Below are positions 1 to 12,400 of a stretch of DNA of 64,000 nt, piece by piece. The notes below the pieces were generated by a model, which had not been told where the DNA came from, did not search any database, and saw nothing but the letters and a program-made list of their open reading frames with translations. The DNA comes from Heterodontus francisci (taxonomy: Eukaryota), in assembly GCF_036365525.1 (NCBI RefSeq), contig NC_090401.1, forward strand, positions 31,145,036 to 31,209,035, read 5' to 3'. Within the stretch, counting starts at the first letter, position 1, and every line of letters begins with the position of its first letter. The position numbers were made by a program, and so were the translations under genes.

Positions 1-439
1 CTGCACCAGCCATCAATATCACACAAGTAACAGAAATACAATGGTAATTTATGAATATATTGGTGTATATGTGCAATAATTTTAAATGCTTATTATAGAA
101 AAGTAATATCGCTAAAAATGCAAACTGTAGAATAGCTACACTGCATCAAATTTCTTTGAACTATCCTCTATATTACCTGATATATGTTGGAGTTGCCTAA
201 AACCAAACAGAACTTCACTCGGAACAACCTGACACACAGCGCATTGCAGAATATATAGCAAACTGAGAGGAGTCTCCTGGGTCCTAATGCTCAATAAGTT
301 CAACATGTTCAATTTTCAATCCACCTCGATCTATTTTTTTTGCAGCAAGAACAGTCTCCCCCAGTATTTTATAACTGTAGTTTAGAACAGAAAGCCGAGG
401 GACGTCACCTTTTTTTTTCACTATTAATTTTTAACCAAG

Positions 440-548
440 GCGCTGAAGAGTCTGTAGATTCAAGAAATGGAAACTCCATTATCAGTTTCGTTTCCTCGGA
501 AATCCACATGATGTCACTGACAGCTCTTCAGCAGAAGCTTTTATAAAT
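440..548 (+). promoter_or_regulatory. Interferon-responsive promoter module C: IRF site, ISRE, overlapping GAS-like site, CRE-like site, TATA
   Basis: GAAATGGAAACT 464-475; AGTTTCGTTTCC 484-495; TTCCTCGGAA (TTC-N4-GAA) 492-501; TGATGTCA 509-516; TATAAAT 542-548. Homologous in reverse complement to 20163-20228 and 31243-31323. Confidence 0.75.
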
Positions 549-1234
549 GCAACAACGTTTAGAGATTTAAAACTTTAGAAGGTGTATGTATGTTGGAGAC
601 AGTTTTTAATTTGCCGCACTGATCTGAAACTAAAGTTGTGGATCAATGATGTCAATAGAAATGAAAACCAGGCAGTTTCAATAACACTGGCAGATCGGCA
701 GTGTTAGATTTACACCCAAGTGGCAAATTGAGAATCAACCCCATTGTGTGTGAACGGGATGTTGGAAACCAGTTGTTCTGACAGCAAGGAGGCCGACAGC
801 TCACTGGATTCAGGCTGGCCCAACGTTGGCCACTGGAGACCGCTGGGCCTGCAGCAAGTTAATCCCAGTAGATTGTCGCAATGGGGATGGAGGGCTGCCC
901 AGTGGCAGTGGCCCGGAAATGGGTGCCGTTCCCTTCTGCTACATGGTTGGCAACCCCACTGTGGATCACGTGTGGCGGGCGACCATTTTACATAGTAGAG
1001 GCAGAGCCCCCCACCACCCCCCCTCCAAATCACATGGCGGGGCGGGATGCGAGCAGTCAGTTACACCATCAGATGACTCTGGAGCAGGTACTGCTGCCAT
1101 ATTTAAAGGCCTGCCAGCCCTGCATTCACACCTGTTTTGGAGTTGTTTGCAGCTTTCAGTGTGCTGCTGAAAATGGTGTTGGATTGACTCCTGGATGACC
1201 ACCACCCCCCAAACTCCCGAGGAGGACACACAAG

Positions 1235-2980
1235 ATGGCTGAGCCAAGACACAGGATGGACCCAGGGTTTAGTGGTGCCTCCCTGCAGATTCTCCTCCAG
1301 GCTGCATGGGAAAGGAGGGAGGTCCTCTTGCCCAGCGATGGCAAGAAGAGGTCCTCTCCCCTGACCAAGCAAGCCTGGACCGAAATAACAGAGGAGGTCA
1401 GCAGCTGTGGGGTCACCCAACACAACTGGGTGCAGTGCCGAAAGAGGGTCAATGACCTCCTGCGTTTGGCCAAGGTGTCTGCTCCATAACTCTCTATTAC
1501 TGAGTGTAAGTGGCTATGCAGGAGGATGTGGGGCATGATGAGGGTGGCACAACCACAGTGATGGCAGAGGGGGTAAGGCATCACTACATCCTGACAGATG
1601 CATGGCTGCATGTTGGCCACAGGCCACCTTCTTTCACAGCTCACCCCCCATTAACTCCCCTGAGAGCGGATGGGAGCATGAGCTATATGTGATGCCCCAA
1701 TAGGAGACAAGGGGCTGACACTAGCAGAACTGTCATGTTGATCACTCTGCGAATTCTTACTATCTCTCTCTTTCCACTTGCAGGACAAGAGGTCCCACAA
1801 CAGGAGAAAGATGGCTCAGTCTGGCAGAGACCTTCCAGATCTACGGCCTCTCACCCCAGCCGAGGAAGAGGCCTTGGAATTGTTAGGGACCAAGGGCAGA
1901 CACACCATATCAGATCGAGAGACTACAGTCTCTACACAAGAGAGTGAGGCTTGGCTTCCATCAACATACGGATCACTTCTGGAGACACACATCACTTATG
2001 GTGGACATGACGAGATCTGCACAGAATAATCCACATGTTTATGTTCTCTCAGGCAAGTCGGCGGTCGCAGGAGATTCAACCAGAAGGGGGACAGCCATCC
2101 ACCTCTGAGGAGGAGGAGCACTCCGAGGATGAACTGTCCCATGACTTTCCTGCACCTTCCACCAGAGCAGAAACCAACACCTCAGTGGGTTTCTGCTTGG
2201 CTGTAGAATCAGGGTCACTAATTGGTGAGAGCACAGCATACATTCCGGAGCAGCTAGCTGAGGCTGAGACAACCGAGGACACTGATAGTCGGATCTGGCC
2301 AGGCCCATGCTGAGCCCCAGTCTGATGATGAGCCTATGGTATTGTCAGCACAGGGCATACTTGAGTTCCAGAGAGAGTAAGGCAACATCTGGCGACGATG
2401 CCAGAGGCTATGAGCGGACGATGGAGGAGTCCATCCGTGCCATGACTGCTGCCATGTCTCAGGCGTATGAGCACATGGCTTCTCCATCGAGAGGTTGGCG
2501 ACCCTCATGGAGGGCCAGATCCTACAGATGCGTGCAGACTTTCACACCACCGCGTTGGCCATGAACTTGATGCAGCAGGGTCAAGGCAAGAGAAGGACAA
2601 GGCGCCTGGAGTCTTCTCCATCTCCTGCTCCTTCTCTAGTGAGCAGGGAGGTTCAAGTGAACCTTGAAAGGGAGAAGGAGAGGCTTACATCCGCAGCTGG
2701 GGGCTCCCCTCAGGGCGCTCTGATTGTGGACACCGGCTCCTCAGCCCCTCTGCCAGTGAGACCACCTCCAGCAGCCTTGAGGCGTGAGGAGGGTTCTGCA
2801 CCAGTGCAGGAAACCTCCTGGCAGCAGGGGCCCTCCAGGCCTCAGGCAGCCAGAGGACAGCCACCAAAGTCATCACAGGCCATGGGGCAGCTTGATCAGC
2901 AGCCTGCCTCCAGCCCAGCAGCTAGCGCAGGGTTCACACCTCATTGGAGCACCCACAAACACGTTAATAAAACCACATAG
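1235..2980 (+). pseudogene. Harbinger Myb/SANT-like DNA-binding protein gene, spliced, frameshifted in its 3' part
   Basis: Exon 1235-1474 encodes FS..L..L..R..L..KQAWTEI..V..WVQCRKRVNDL (Myb/SANT-like). Exon 1784-1943 joins in phase (DKRSHNRR..LTPAEEEALELLG). Third exon from 2053 is acidic and P/S-rich, split over frames. Confidence 0.8.
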
Positions 2981-3205
2981 CTACACTTGAGGATTCATGA
3001 CTGTCAGAAATTTTACGTATTGATTAATTAAAAGTTCATTTGCTCAAATCATTAATGATCATTGTGTGAAAGCCATTTTCCAATAGGCCTTAATTGTGAT
3101 CTGCTGACATTCCCCTTCCCCATTACTGAAATGCCTATTTAACTACAGTCCTCATTAACATATGTTCTCCCATGGGCACAATTGTGGTTTGCAGCTGGGC
3201 GCAAA

Positions 3206-4381
3206 TCAGGGAACACAAATGGAAAGGAGGTGACAGACTACGTGCATCGAGGTGAGTCTTTCTTGGTTTCTCTGTGACTGGGCATCAGGAATGCTGGAAG
3301 CGGCTGATTGTGAGGTTGTCTCTTGTCTCCTTGGCACACAGCTCAATCTGCCTGGCCTCTGGTGCAAGGGCTTCAACATCCAGCACTGCTTGCTCCTTTC
3401 CCTCCTTTGCATCTCATCATCATATATGGCCTCCCGCCTCTGCAGTGCCAGATTGTGCCGAGCACAGCAGACCACCATGATACGCGATACTCTCACTGGG
3501 ACATACTGCAAGGCTCCACTGGAACGATCCAGGTACCAGAATCTCATCTTCAGCAGCCCAATGGCCTACTCAATGATCACTCAGGTGGAGCCATGGCAAG
3601 TGTTGTACCTCTCCTCTGCTGCAGTGCGGAAGCTGTTCAAAGGCATCAGTAGCCATGTCTTTGATGGGTAGCCCTTGTCACCGATAATCCATCCCTGAGG
3701 CAAGCGGTGTCCTGAAAAGCTGTGGCACCGGGACTGTAGACGTGTGTAAGCATCATGGCTGCTTCCCAGGAAGTGGGCACACACCAGCAGGAAATGCTTT
3801 CCTGTTGATTAAGGCAGCTGGATGGTCCGTGGGAACATTGATGCCCATACGCGAGCCGTCTATCACAACTTACACCGACATAAATCCAGTGTTGGCCCCG
3901 AACCTGATGGCCCTCTTGTCCTGACTGTCAGTGTTGGTCTGGTAGTTCATATAGTCACCGGCTCTCTTGAACAGGGCATTTGTCACCTCCTTGATTAAGC
4001 CAATGGGCTTCTGCCTGGGAGACCCCACACATGTTCCCGATGGAACCTGGAAAGATCCTGCTGCAGAAAGTTTTAGTGCCAAAGTGATCATCAGGGCCAT
4101 TGGCATAGGGTGACCCCCCCGCAAATCCCATAGATCACAACTCAACCTACAGCTGTGCATTAGTCTGTGATGGACTCCCTGAAGAGCCGTAGTCTTCACT
4201 GAGAATACCGCACGGACATTTGGAAGTGGCTGATTCGAGACTGGTACACTCTCTTGTGCAGGTGGGCCCTTCTTGGCATGGCCAGCTTCTGATGCTCCCA
4301 TCGAGGAGCTTCACGGGCAGGCACAGCTGACTCTTGGCCCTCCCTCCGTCCGAGGTGCTGTGTCATGCCATGGTGGTCCAA
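3206..4381 (-). pseudogene. Harbinger (HARBI1-like, DDE_Tnp_4) transposase remnant
   Basis: Fragments in different frames: GWIIGDKGYPSKTWLLMPL..AEERYN, MRFWYLDRSSGALQY..RVSRIMVVCCARHN, LKLSAAGSFQ..IKEVTNALF. Multiple frameshifts and stops. Confidence 0.88.
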
Positions 4382-6436
4382 AATTGACAGGGTGTATGAG
4401 ACTCATGCCAGGTAACCTGTGGGCCACCAGCGCACTGTTGATGCAGAGACAACCCTGCCTTGGCAACTGAGCTTTTGACAATTCTCCTGGTGGACTCCGT
4501 GATAGTCCTCAGTACCCACCCTGCTGATAGTCAACCCTCTCATCAAGCAGCAAGGGCGACCAAACATCTCTCACAGCAGTTTGGTTACCCAATACAGCCC
4601 CCGCAAACCCAAGCCCAAGCGCATCCCTCTTGCAGAGCCCCCGAGACCCCAACTCCGCCCCCCTTGCTGAGCATACAGCAACATAGACTGACAATGTCCT
4701 CCGAACCCCCCTCTTTCCCGCTGCAGCATTGTTCATAGCTGCCTCCCTGTCATGGCACTGAGGCCTCTCGCATCGTTGTGGCCGGTGTTTAACTGTCGTG
4801 AACCCGAAGCCGCCCGCTGTCCACTAAATCAAGAGCCAACCTTTAAAATCGAGGTTAATTAGATGTAAATGCATTACAAACAACTGCTCAGCAATTTAAA
4901 ATAGATTCCTGTCATATCAGGGCAGTAATGCTGCCTTGGTCCTTTCCTGCCGCTGGCAAAATCTGGGACCGTTGTCACAACACTGGATTTCCGGATGGAT
5001 GGTTCTGATGCGATTCTCTGTTCCCCCATGCCACCACTCCCACTTTAAAGGGCCGCATTAAATTCTGCCCATGGTGACATTCATTGCAGCTGTGTTGTGT
5101 TTCAATGATTCAATGTCAGTGCATTATTGCAAGCCGTGGCTTGAATGTATGCCCTTTTGGAATATAGTGATGTGAAGCAATGAGAGTTGCAAGCTTGCCT
5201 GAAGGTGTGGCACGGGTGCATAGTGAAGGTGGAATAGGTCAGCTTGCAGCACCTTGTTACATGCAGTATTTTGCCATCAACTTGGTTCATGGTACTGTTG
5301 TATTACCTTGAAGATTCCTTCGACTATTGAGCCTTCTCTATGTTATTCTGGGGTGTTTAAGATATTGTGCAGTGTTGAACCTGTCTGCCACCATCTCCAT
5401 ACCATACCCATACGTCAGCAGGGCACACATTCAAGACTAAAGGATAGGTTCCGGAGATGTGTTCAAAGTTGTGCTAACGTCTGCCTGTAAACCTAAGAAT
5501 GCATTTTGATGACCTCAGCAAATGACATTTGATGGGGTGAAATTCGCCTTGGTCTAACAGTATCGATCTAGAACCTCTTTCTTGCCAAACATTTGGCTTA
5601 AACCAGTATCTCATTAGCACAAATTGCTCTCCCAGTCACTCTGACTTCCCCCTAAGTGTGAGAGAGAAGAAGAGAATTGATTGGAAAAGTTAACACAGGC
5701 ACGGAGCCAATAGAATGGGTGTTTGAGGCATGCAAGTGCTGAAATGATTAATCTACTCGCTTCCCAAGTCTTGGCATTCCATCATTCAGTTATCTGCCCA
5801 TTCTACATGAGATAAGGAGATAATAAAATGGAAGTTTTTTTTAAAAAGCTTGGATGTTAAAAAAAAACTTACTGATTGGCAGTAACCCAAATATAATGTG
5901 AAGAGGATTCCAGTCTTTAGAAACAAGCAAAGGAACTTCTGTGTCTTAAAAAAATAAACACAAGTACAAATACATCTCAAACATGAAAACTCTTCAACTA
6001 GGATCTTAAAACAATCCATCGGTTTGAAAGAAGTTTACCTGGCCATTAAAGCAACCATGAGATTTTCAAAATTGTACATAACAGGGTATACTCCTGTAAC
6101 ACACAATTTAGTTAAAGGCAAAAAAAATAGTCAGAAGTAAATGTAAAAGAAAAACTGATACAATTGCTCATTAATCCAGAATAGAGATAGTGAATGTTTC
6201 ATGGCTAGAATTTTGGCTTGAAACGGGGTGTAGTTGACGATGATGGGAGATTAAAACCTACTGCCAGAGCTTAACTGCTGCATAATATCTTTCACACTGC
6301 TATATTCTGAAAGGCAAAACAGTCACAGAGAAAAGACATAATATTCAGAGCCTTTATTTATTTTCAGTCAGATTCTTCTTCATATACAGCATGTAAAGGA
6401 AAGATGTTCATTATTTTCAGTTGTCTTAAGGCACTT

Positions 6437-9400
6437 TTACTTTCCGTAGCGTAGGATCGAACCTAGGAAAGCACCTGCAGTTCCCAACACAATGTTGGCA
6501 CCTGCAGAGAGTCCAGCGGCCCCTTTAAAGAAAAGAAAAATATAAATGTGAATTAATTGCACACAATATGACATGTCAACAATTTGTTAATAATCAACAA
6601 TTCTTATAATCCAGATCTAAACAGTATCCAGAGGAAAGATCAAAACCCTATTATAACTGATTTTACTGTTAATTTCTTTATTTGTATTTACAATAAAGCC
6701 AACTCATTTATCATTAGCATGTTGTTGAGGTTAAAACATAATAGTATTAACATTTATTGCAAAAGTGCCTTCTCGCTTCTATTAAAACTGTACTGATAAG
6801 TTTCCGAGACAATTGGGTAATATAAAAATTTATTCAGCACTATCATAGATGCCCAGGAATTCAAATACTATCAGGGAGGCTTTAAACAAGAAAGACTGAG
6901 AAATGTTCATTACTTATCACTGAAGCTTACCAGCAGACTGAAGGACAGCCACCAGACTTCCAGCTGCTACACCTCCTCCATTGGCGACAGCTGCTGTAGA
7001 CATCATACTTGATGCAATAGAACTGCCTGCTATTCCAGCGCTGGTAAATCCCACTGCTCCCAGAACCACTGGCGCAGCAACAATGGTTGTAACTGAAGGA
7101 TGAAACATCCACATTTAAACACAACACATATACACACAGGAGCTTAACAATATTGCCTAAAGCCTGATACATACAATTGTAGCATATCAGAATTCTTCCT
7201 GTCTGCAATGATGGTTTATTTCCTTTACAACATTTCAATCCAGTATTTTGCAATATCAATTATATTTATAATAATCCAGATCCAAGATATGCTTCACAAT
7301 TTTCCTCAAGATCCCCTATCTGGAATTTCCACAGGGGTGCTCCGGATTATTTGCTGTAATTTTAGCAGAAAACCTACAGAAATGATACAAATGGCCACTT
7401 GTGCCTTTTCTTCAAGGTTTTTGCTTATATTCAAAAGTTATTGCAGATAATCTGGAGAACTCCCATCAAAATTCTATCGCTCAACCTTGAACAGCACTGA
7501 AGCCGAATAGAGGTAGCAGAATTAAACAGCAGTTCAAGAATAACAGCTACCAACAAATGTATCTCATGATTCATTTTGTGATGCTTGGACTGAAAATTAT
7601 AGAGGAACATCTATCAAATAGTAAAATATTGACTGCTTGCAGCAATCTAATCATACTGTATGTAAAGGTAGTGCTGTAAGTTGTCACATTACGTGCACTG
7701 TGACTGAACTAATATTACTTATTAGAAATTAGTATACGTAAGAAAGTTGTATAGGAGAAATTAATGGGGCTGAAGGTTGATAAGTCCCCAGGACCTGATA
7801 TTCTATATCCCAGAGTGTTAAAAGAGGTAGCTATGGAAATAGTGGATGCATTGGTGATCATCTTCCAAAATTCTATAGATTCTGGAGCAGTTCCTGCAGA
7901 TTGGAAGGTTGCAAATGTCACCTGACTATTTAAGAAGGAAAGGAGAGAGAAAACAGGGAATAACAAACCTGTTAGCCTTACATTAGTCATTGGGAAAATG
8001 CTCGAATCCATTCTAAAGGATGTGATAAATGGACACTTGGATAATAATGATCTGATTGGGAAATCATGTTTGATGAACCCGTTGGGAGTTTTTTTTGAGG
8101 ATGTTACGAACAGAATTGATAAAGGGGAGTCGGTGGATGTGGTATACCTGGATTTTCAGAAGGCTTTTGATAAAGTCCCCCACAGGAGATTGGTTTGCAA
8201 AATTAAAGCACATGGGATAGGAGGTACTATACTGGCATGGATTAAGGATTGGTTAACAGGCAGAAAGCAGAGAGTGGGAATAACTGGCTCATTCTCACGT
8301 TGGCAGGCTGTGACTAGTGGGATACGCGGGGATCAGTGTTTGAGCCCCAGCTCTGCACAATATCTAACATTGATTTGGATGTGGGAACCAAATGTAATAT
8401 TTCCAAGTTCACGGATAACACAAAACTAGGTGGGAATGTGTGTTGTGAGGAAGATGCCAAGTAGCTTCAAGGGGATTTGGACAGACTTAATGAGTGGGCA
8501 AGAACGTGGCAGATGGAATATAATGTGGAAAAATGTGAGGTTATCCACTTGGGTAGGAGGAATAGATGTGCAGAGTATTTCTTAAATGCTAAGAGATTAG
8601 AAGGTGTAGACGTACAAAGGGACCTCGGTGTCCTTGTCAATAAGTCACTGAAAGCTAACACGCAGGTGCAGCAAGCAATTAGGAAGGCTAATGGTATGTT
8701 AGCCTTTATCGCAAGAGGATTTGAGTACAGGAGTAGTAAAATCTTGCTTCAATTGTATAGAACATTGGTTAGACTGCACTTGGAGTACTGCGTGCAGTTT
8801 TGGTCCCCTTACCTTAGGAAGGGTATTATTGCCATAGAGGGAGTGCAACACCAGACTTGTTCCCGGGATGGCAGGACTGTCCTCTGAAGAGAGATTGGGG
8901 AAACTGGGCCTGTATTCTCTAGAGTTTCGAAGAATGAGAGTAATCTCATTGAAACCTACAAAATACTTAAAGGGATAGACAGGGTAGATGCAGCTAAGAT
9001 GTTTCCCCTGGTTGGGGAGTCTCGTACCAGGGGACACAATTTCAAAATAAGGGGGAAGCTTAGGTCAGAGATGAGGAGAAATTTCTTTACTCAGAGGGTT
9101 GTGAATCTTTGGAATTCACTACCCCAGAGGGCTGTGAAAACTCAGTCATTGAGTATGTTTAAAGCAGAGATTGACAAATTTGTAAATACAAGTGACATAA
9201 GGGGATATGAGGATATTGTGGGAAAATGGCATTAAAGTGGATGATCAGCCATGATCATACTGAATGGCGGGGCAGGCTCGATGGGCTGAATGGCCTACTC
9301 CTGCTCCTATGTTCCTATACTGTGATAGTCCCATTGTACACCATAACTTCCTACCGTGTCCTTCCTTCTTTAGTTGATACAGCTGCTGAATTACTTGAAA

Positions 9401-12400
9401 ATAATATATTACATCACTGTTGTCTACTTTAAACATATCAGGGGTGATCTAAACCGGCCCACCCAGCAGAAACTAGGTGGGTGGGAGTTAAAATTGACCA
9501 GGAAACTTACCCAACAGAAATTCATCAGGGATTCACTGATTTGAATTTTAACCTGCTCTACTGAATAGGTGTCAAGAACACAAGTCCAAAGCCAGCTCAG
9601 GCCTTCTTTACATATGCGTGTCAGGTCCTGATGACATCAGGATCCAACTGCAACTTTAACTGCTGTCATGAGCAGCGATACCGTTGTAGATTTTCTGCGG
9701 GGTGAAGAAGGAGCTCCAGGCAGAAGAGGCCCATAGAAATAAAGCGTTTTTGCTTTTCTTGTGAGGCCTAGAGGTGCAGGAGTGCTTTTCCAGACACCGC
9801 AAGGAAATAGTTTGGGCCTCAGTTGACGCAGACTCCTACCAAAATTCTTTCCCCAAAACGAGACCCCTGGGAGACTGCCCTCGAAGTTGATCCTGTCTAG
9901 TTGTCTGTTGGGTGGTCTCTAAACCGCCAATCGAGCTATGGACTGCTAGTTTTTCAGTTTCCTTCTAAGAAATTGGGTTCTGGATCATGCTTTGGTGGTG
10001 TGAGGGTAGGGAGCTGGGGAATAGGAACAGAAGTAGCTGGCGAAAGGGATAAGAAATAAATGGCTATGGCTTCCACTACCCACCGCATCTGAAAATAAAA
10101 ACATATGGGAGCAGAAGAACATAGAGAAACAAGCAAAAAAAGAAAATCAAGTTCTGGCAAGAGATGGAGTAAAAAAGTAGAATGTGAGAGCGATAGAGAG
10201 TGAAATAGCAACACAAATATGACATGGATAGATGCAAGACTATATAGAGTCATAGAGTTATACAGCACAGAAACAGGCCCTTCAGTCCACCGTGTCTCTC
10301 CCGGCCATCAAGCACCTAACTATTCTAATCCCATTTTCCTGCACTTGGCCCGTAGCCTTGTATGCTATGGCGTTTCAAGTGCTCATCTAAATACTTCTTA
10401 AATGTTGTAAGGGTTCCTGCCTCTACCACCTCTTCAGGCAGTGCGTTCCAGATTCCAACCACCCCCTGGGTGAAAAGTTTTTCCTCAAATCCCCTCTAAA
10501 CCACCTGCCCCTTACCCTAAATCAACACCCCCTGGTTATCGACCCCTCTGCTAACGGACAAAGTTTCTTCCTATCTAACCTATCAATGCCCCTCAATTTT
10601 ATATACCTCAATCAGCTGCGCCCTCAGCCTTCTCTGCTCTAAGGAAAACAACCCAAGCCTTTTCAGTCTCTCTTCATAGCTGAAATGCTCCAGCCCAGAC
10701 AACATCCTGGTGAATCTCCTCTGCACCCTCTCCAGTGCAATCACATCCTTCCATAGTGTGGTGCCCAGAACTGTATACAGTACTTCAGCTGTGGCCTAAC
10801 TAGTGTTTTATACAGATAACCTCCCTGCTCTTATATTCTATGCCTTAGCTAATAAAGGCAAGTATCCCATATGCCTTCCTAACCACCTTATCTACCTGTG
10901 TTGCTGCCTTCAGTGATATATGGACAAGTACACCCAGGTCCCTCTGACCCTCTGTACTTCCTAGGATCCTACCATCCATTGTATATGCCCTTGCCTTGTT
11001 AGTCCTCCCAAAATGCATCACCTCACACTCCTCAGGATTAAATTCCATTTACCACTGCTCCGCCCATCTATATCGTCCTGTAATCTAAGGCTTTCCTCCT
11101 CACTATTTACGACACCACCAATTTTCATGTCATCTGCGAACCTACTGAGAGGATTTGAAAATTTGTGTCAGAGCCCCTGCCATCTCCTCCCTTGCCTCAC
11201 ATAACAGCCTGGGATACATCTCATTTGGGCCTGGGGATTTATCCACTGTTAAGCCTGCTAAAACTGCAGAAAAGATTCACAAGGATGTTGCCTGGTTTGG
11301 AGGGCTTGAGTTATAAAGAGAAATTGGATAGGCTGTGTCTGTTTTCCCTGGAGCAAAGAAGGCTGAGAAGGGTCATGCTAGAGGTATATAAAATTATGAG
11401 AGGCATAAATAGGGTAGACAGCCAGAGTCTGTTTCCCATGGTAGGGGTGACTAAAACTAGAGGGCATAGATTTAAGGTGAAAGGGAGGAGGTTTAAAAGG
11501 GATCAAAGGGGTACATTTTTCACACAAAGAATAGTGGGTATTTGGAATGAGCTGCCTGAGGAGGTGGAGGAGGCAAGAACAGTAGCAACATTTAAGAGGC
11601 ATCTGGACAGGTACTTGAATGAGCAAGGCATAGAGGGATATGGAATTAATGCAGGCAGGTGGGATTAGTATAGATAGGCATTATGGTCGGCATGGACGTG
11701 GTGGGCCGAAGGGCCTGTTTCTATGCAGTACGACTCTATGACTTTCAATGCTAATATGTTCAAGTATATCACAATCCCCCTCCCTGATCTCTGCACCTAC
11801 ATTGTCCTTCTCCATAATGAACACAGATGAAAAGTAATCATTTAAAGCCTCACCAATGTCCTCCGGCTCCGCACACAGATTGCCACTTTGGTCCCTAATG
11901 GGCTCTACGCTTTCCCTGATTATCCTCTTGCCCTGAATATAGTTATAAAACGCCTTGGGATTTTCCTTTATCTTGCTCGCCATTGGTTTTTTCATGTCCC
12001 CTCTTCGCTCTCCTAATTACTTTTTTTAAGTACCCCCCTACACTTTCTATACTCCTCTAAGACCTCCACTGTTTCTAGCACTCTGAATCTGCCATAAGCC
12101 TCCTTTTTTTCTTCCTTATCCAATCCTCTATATCCCTTGACATCCAGGGTTCCCTGGACTTGTTGGTCCTATCCTTCACCTTAATGGTTACATGTTGGCT
12201 CTGAACTCTCACTATTTCTTCTTTGAATGACTCCCACTGGTCTGATGTAGACTTTCCTACAAGTAGCTGCTCCCAGCCCACTTTGGCCAGTTTTATCATA
12301 TTGAAATTGGCCTTCCCCCAATACAGTACCTTTATTACCAGTCCCTTTTTGTCCTTTTCCATAACTGCCTTAAATCTTAGCGTTACGGTCACTATCCCCG

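Larger units (their letters stand above)
743..5070. mobile_element. Decayed PIF/Harbinger DNA transposon (convergent Myb/SANT gene and DDE transposase)
   Basis: Canonical two-gene Harbinger layout. Right TIR-like end AAATTCTGCCC at 5060-5070. Left end uncertain (597-743). Confidence 0.85.

Noticed and set aside
597-742. Extra IRF-like motifs (gaaatgaaaacc, agtttcaat) as part of promoter C
   Set aside because: They fall in what looks like a short palindromic repeat ending gagaatcaacccc and are imperfect, so they were not counted.
710-1200. Overlapping 80-115 aa ORFs in GC-rich sequence (also 14600-17050 and 18400-19700)
   Set aside because: No recognisable domains. They lie in transposon/MITE sequence where stop codons are rare.
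3206-4381. Domesticated HARBI1 gene
   Set aside because: Multiple frameshifts and stops, paired with a Myb gene and a TIR. It is a dead transposon copy.
6917-7114. 65-aa single-exon [18 protein letters not shown].. as a complete protein
   Set aside because: It is the internal 162-nt exon read through its flanking introns, with clear AG and GT sites at 7093 and 6930.
11165-11668. 167-aa ORF as a novel gene
   Set aside because: Chimeric reading across the junction of two oppositely oriented CR1 fragments.
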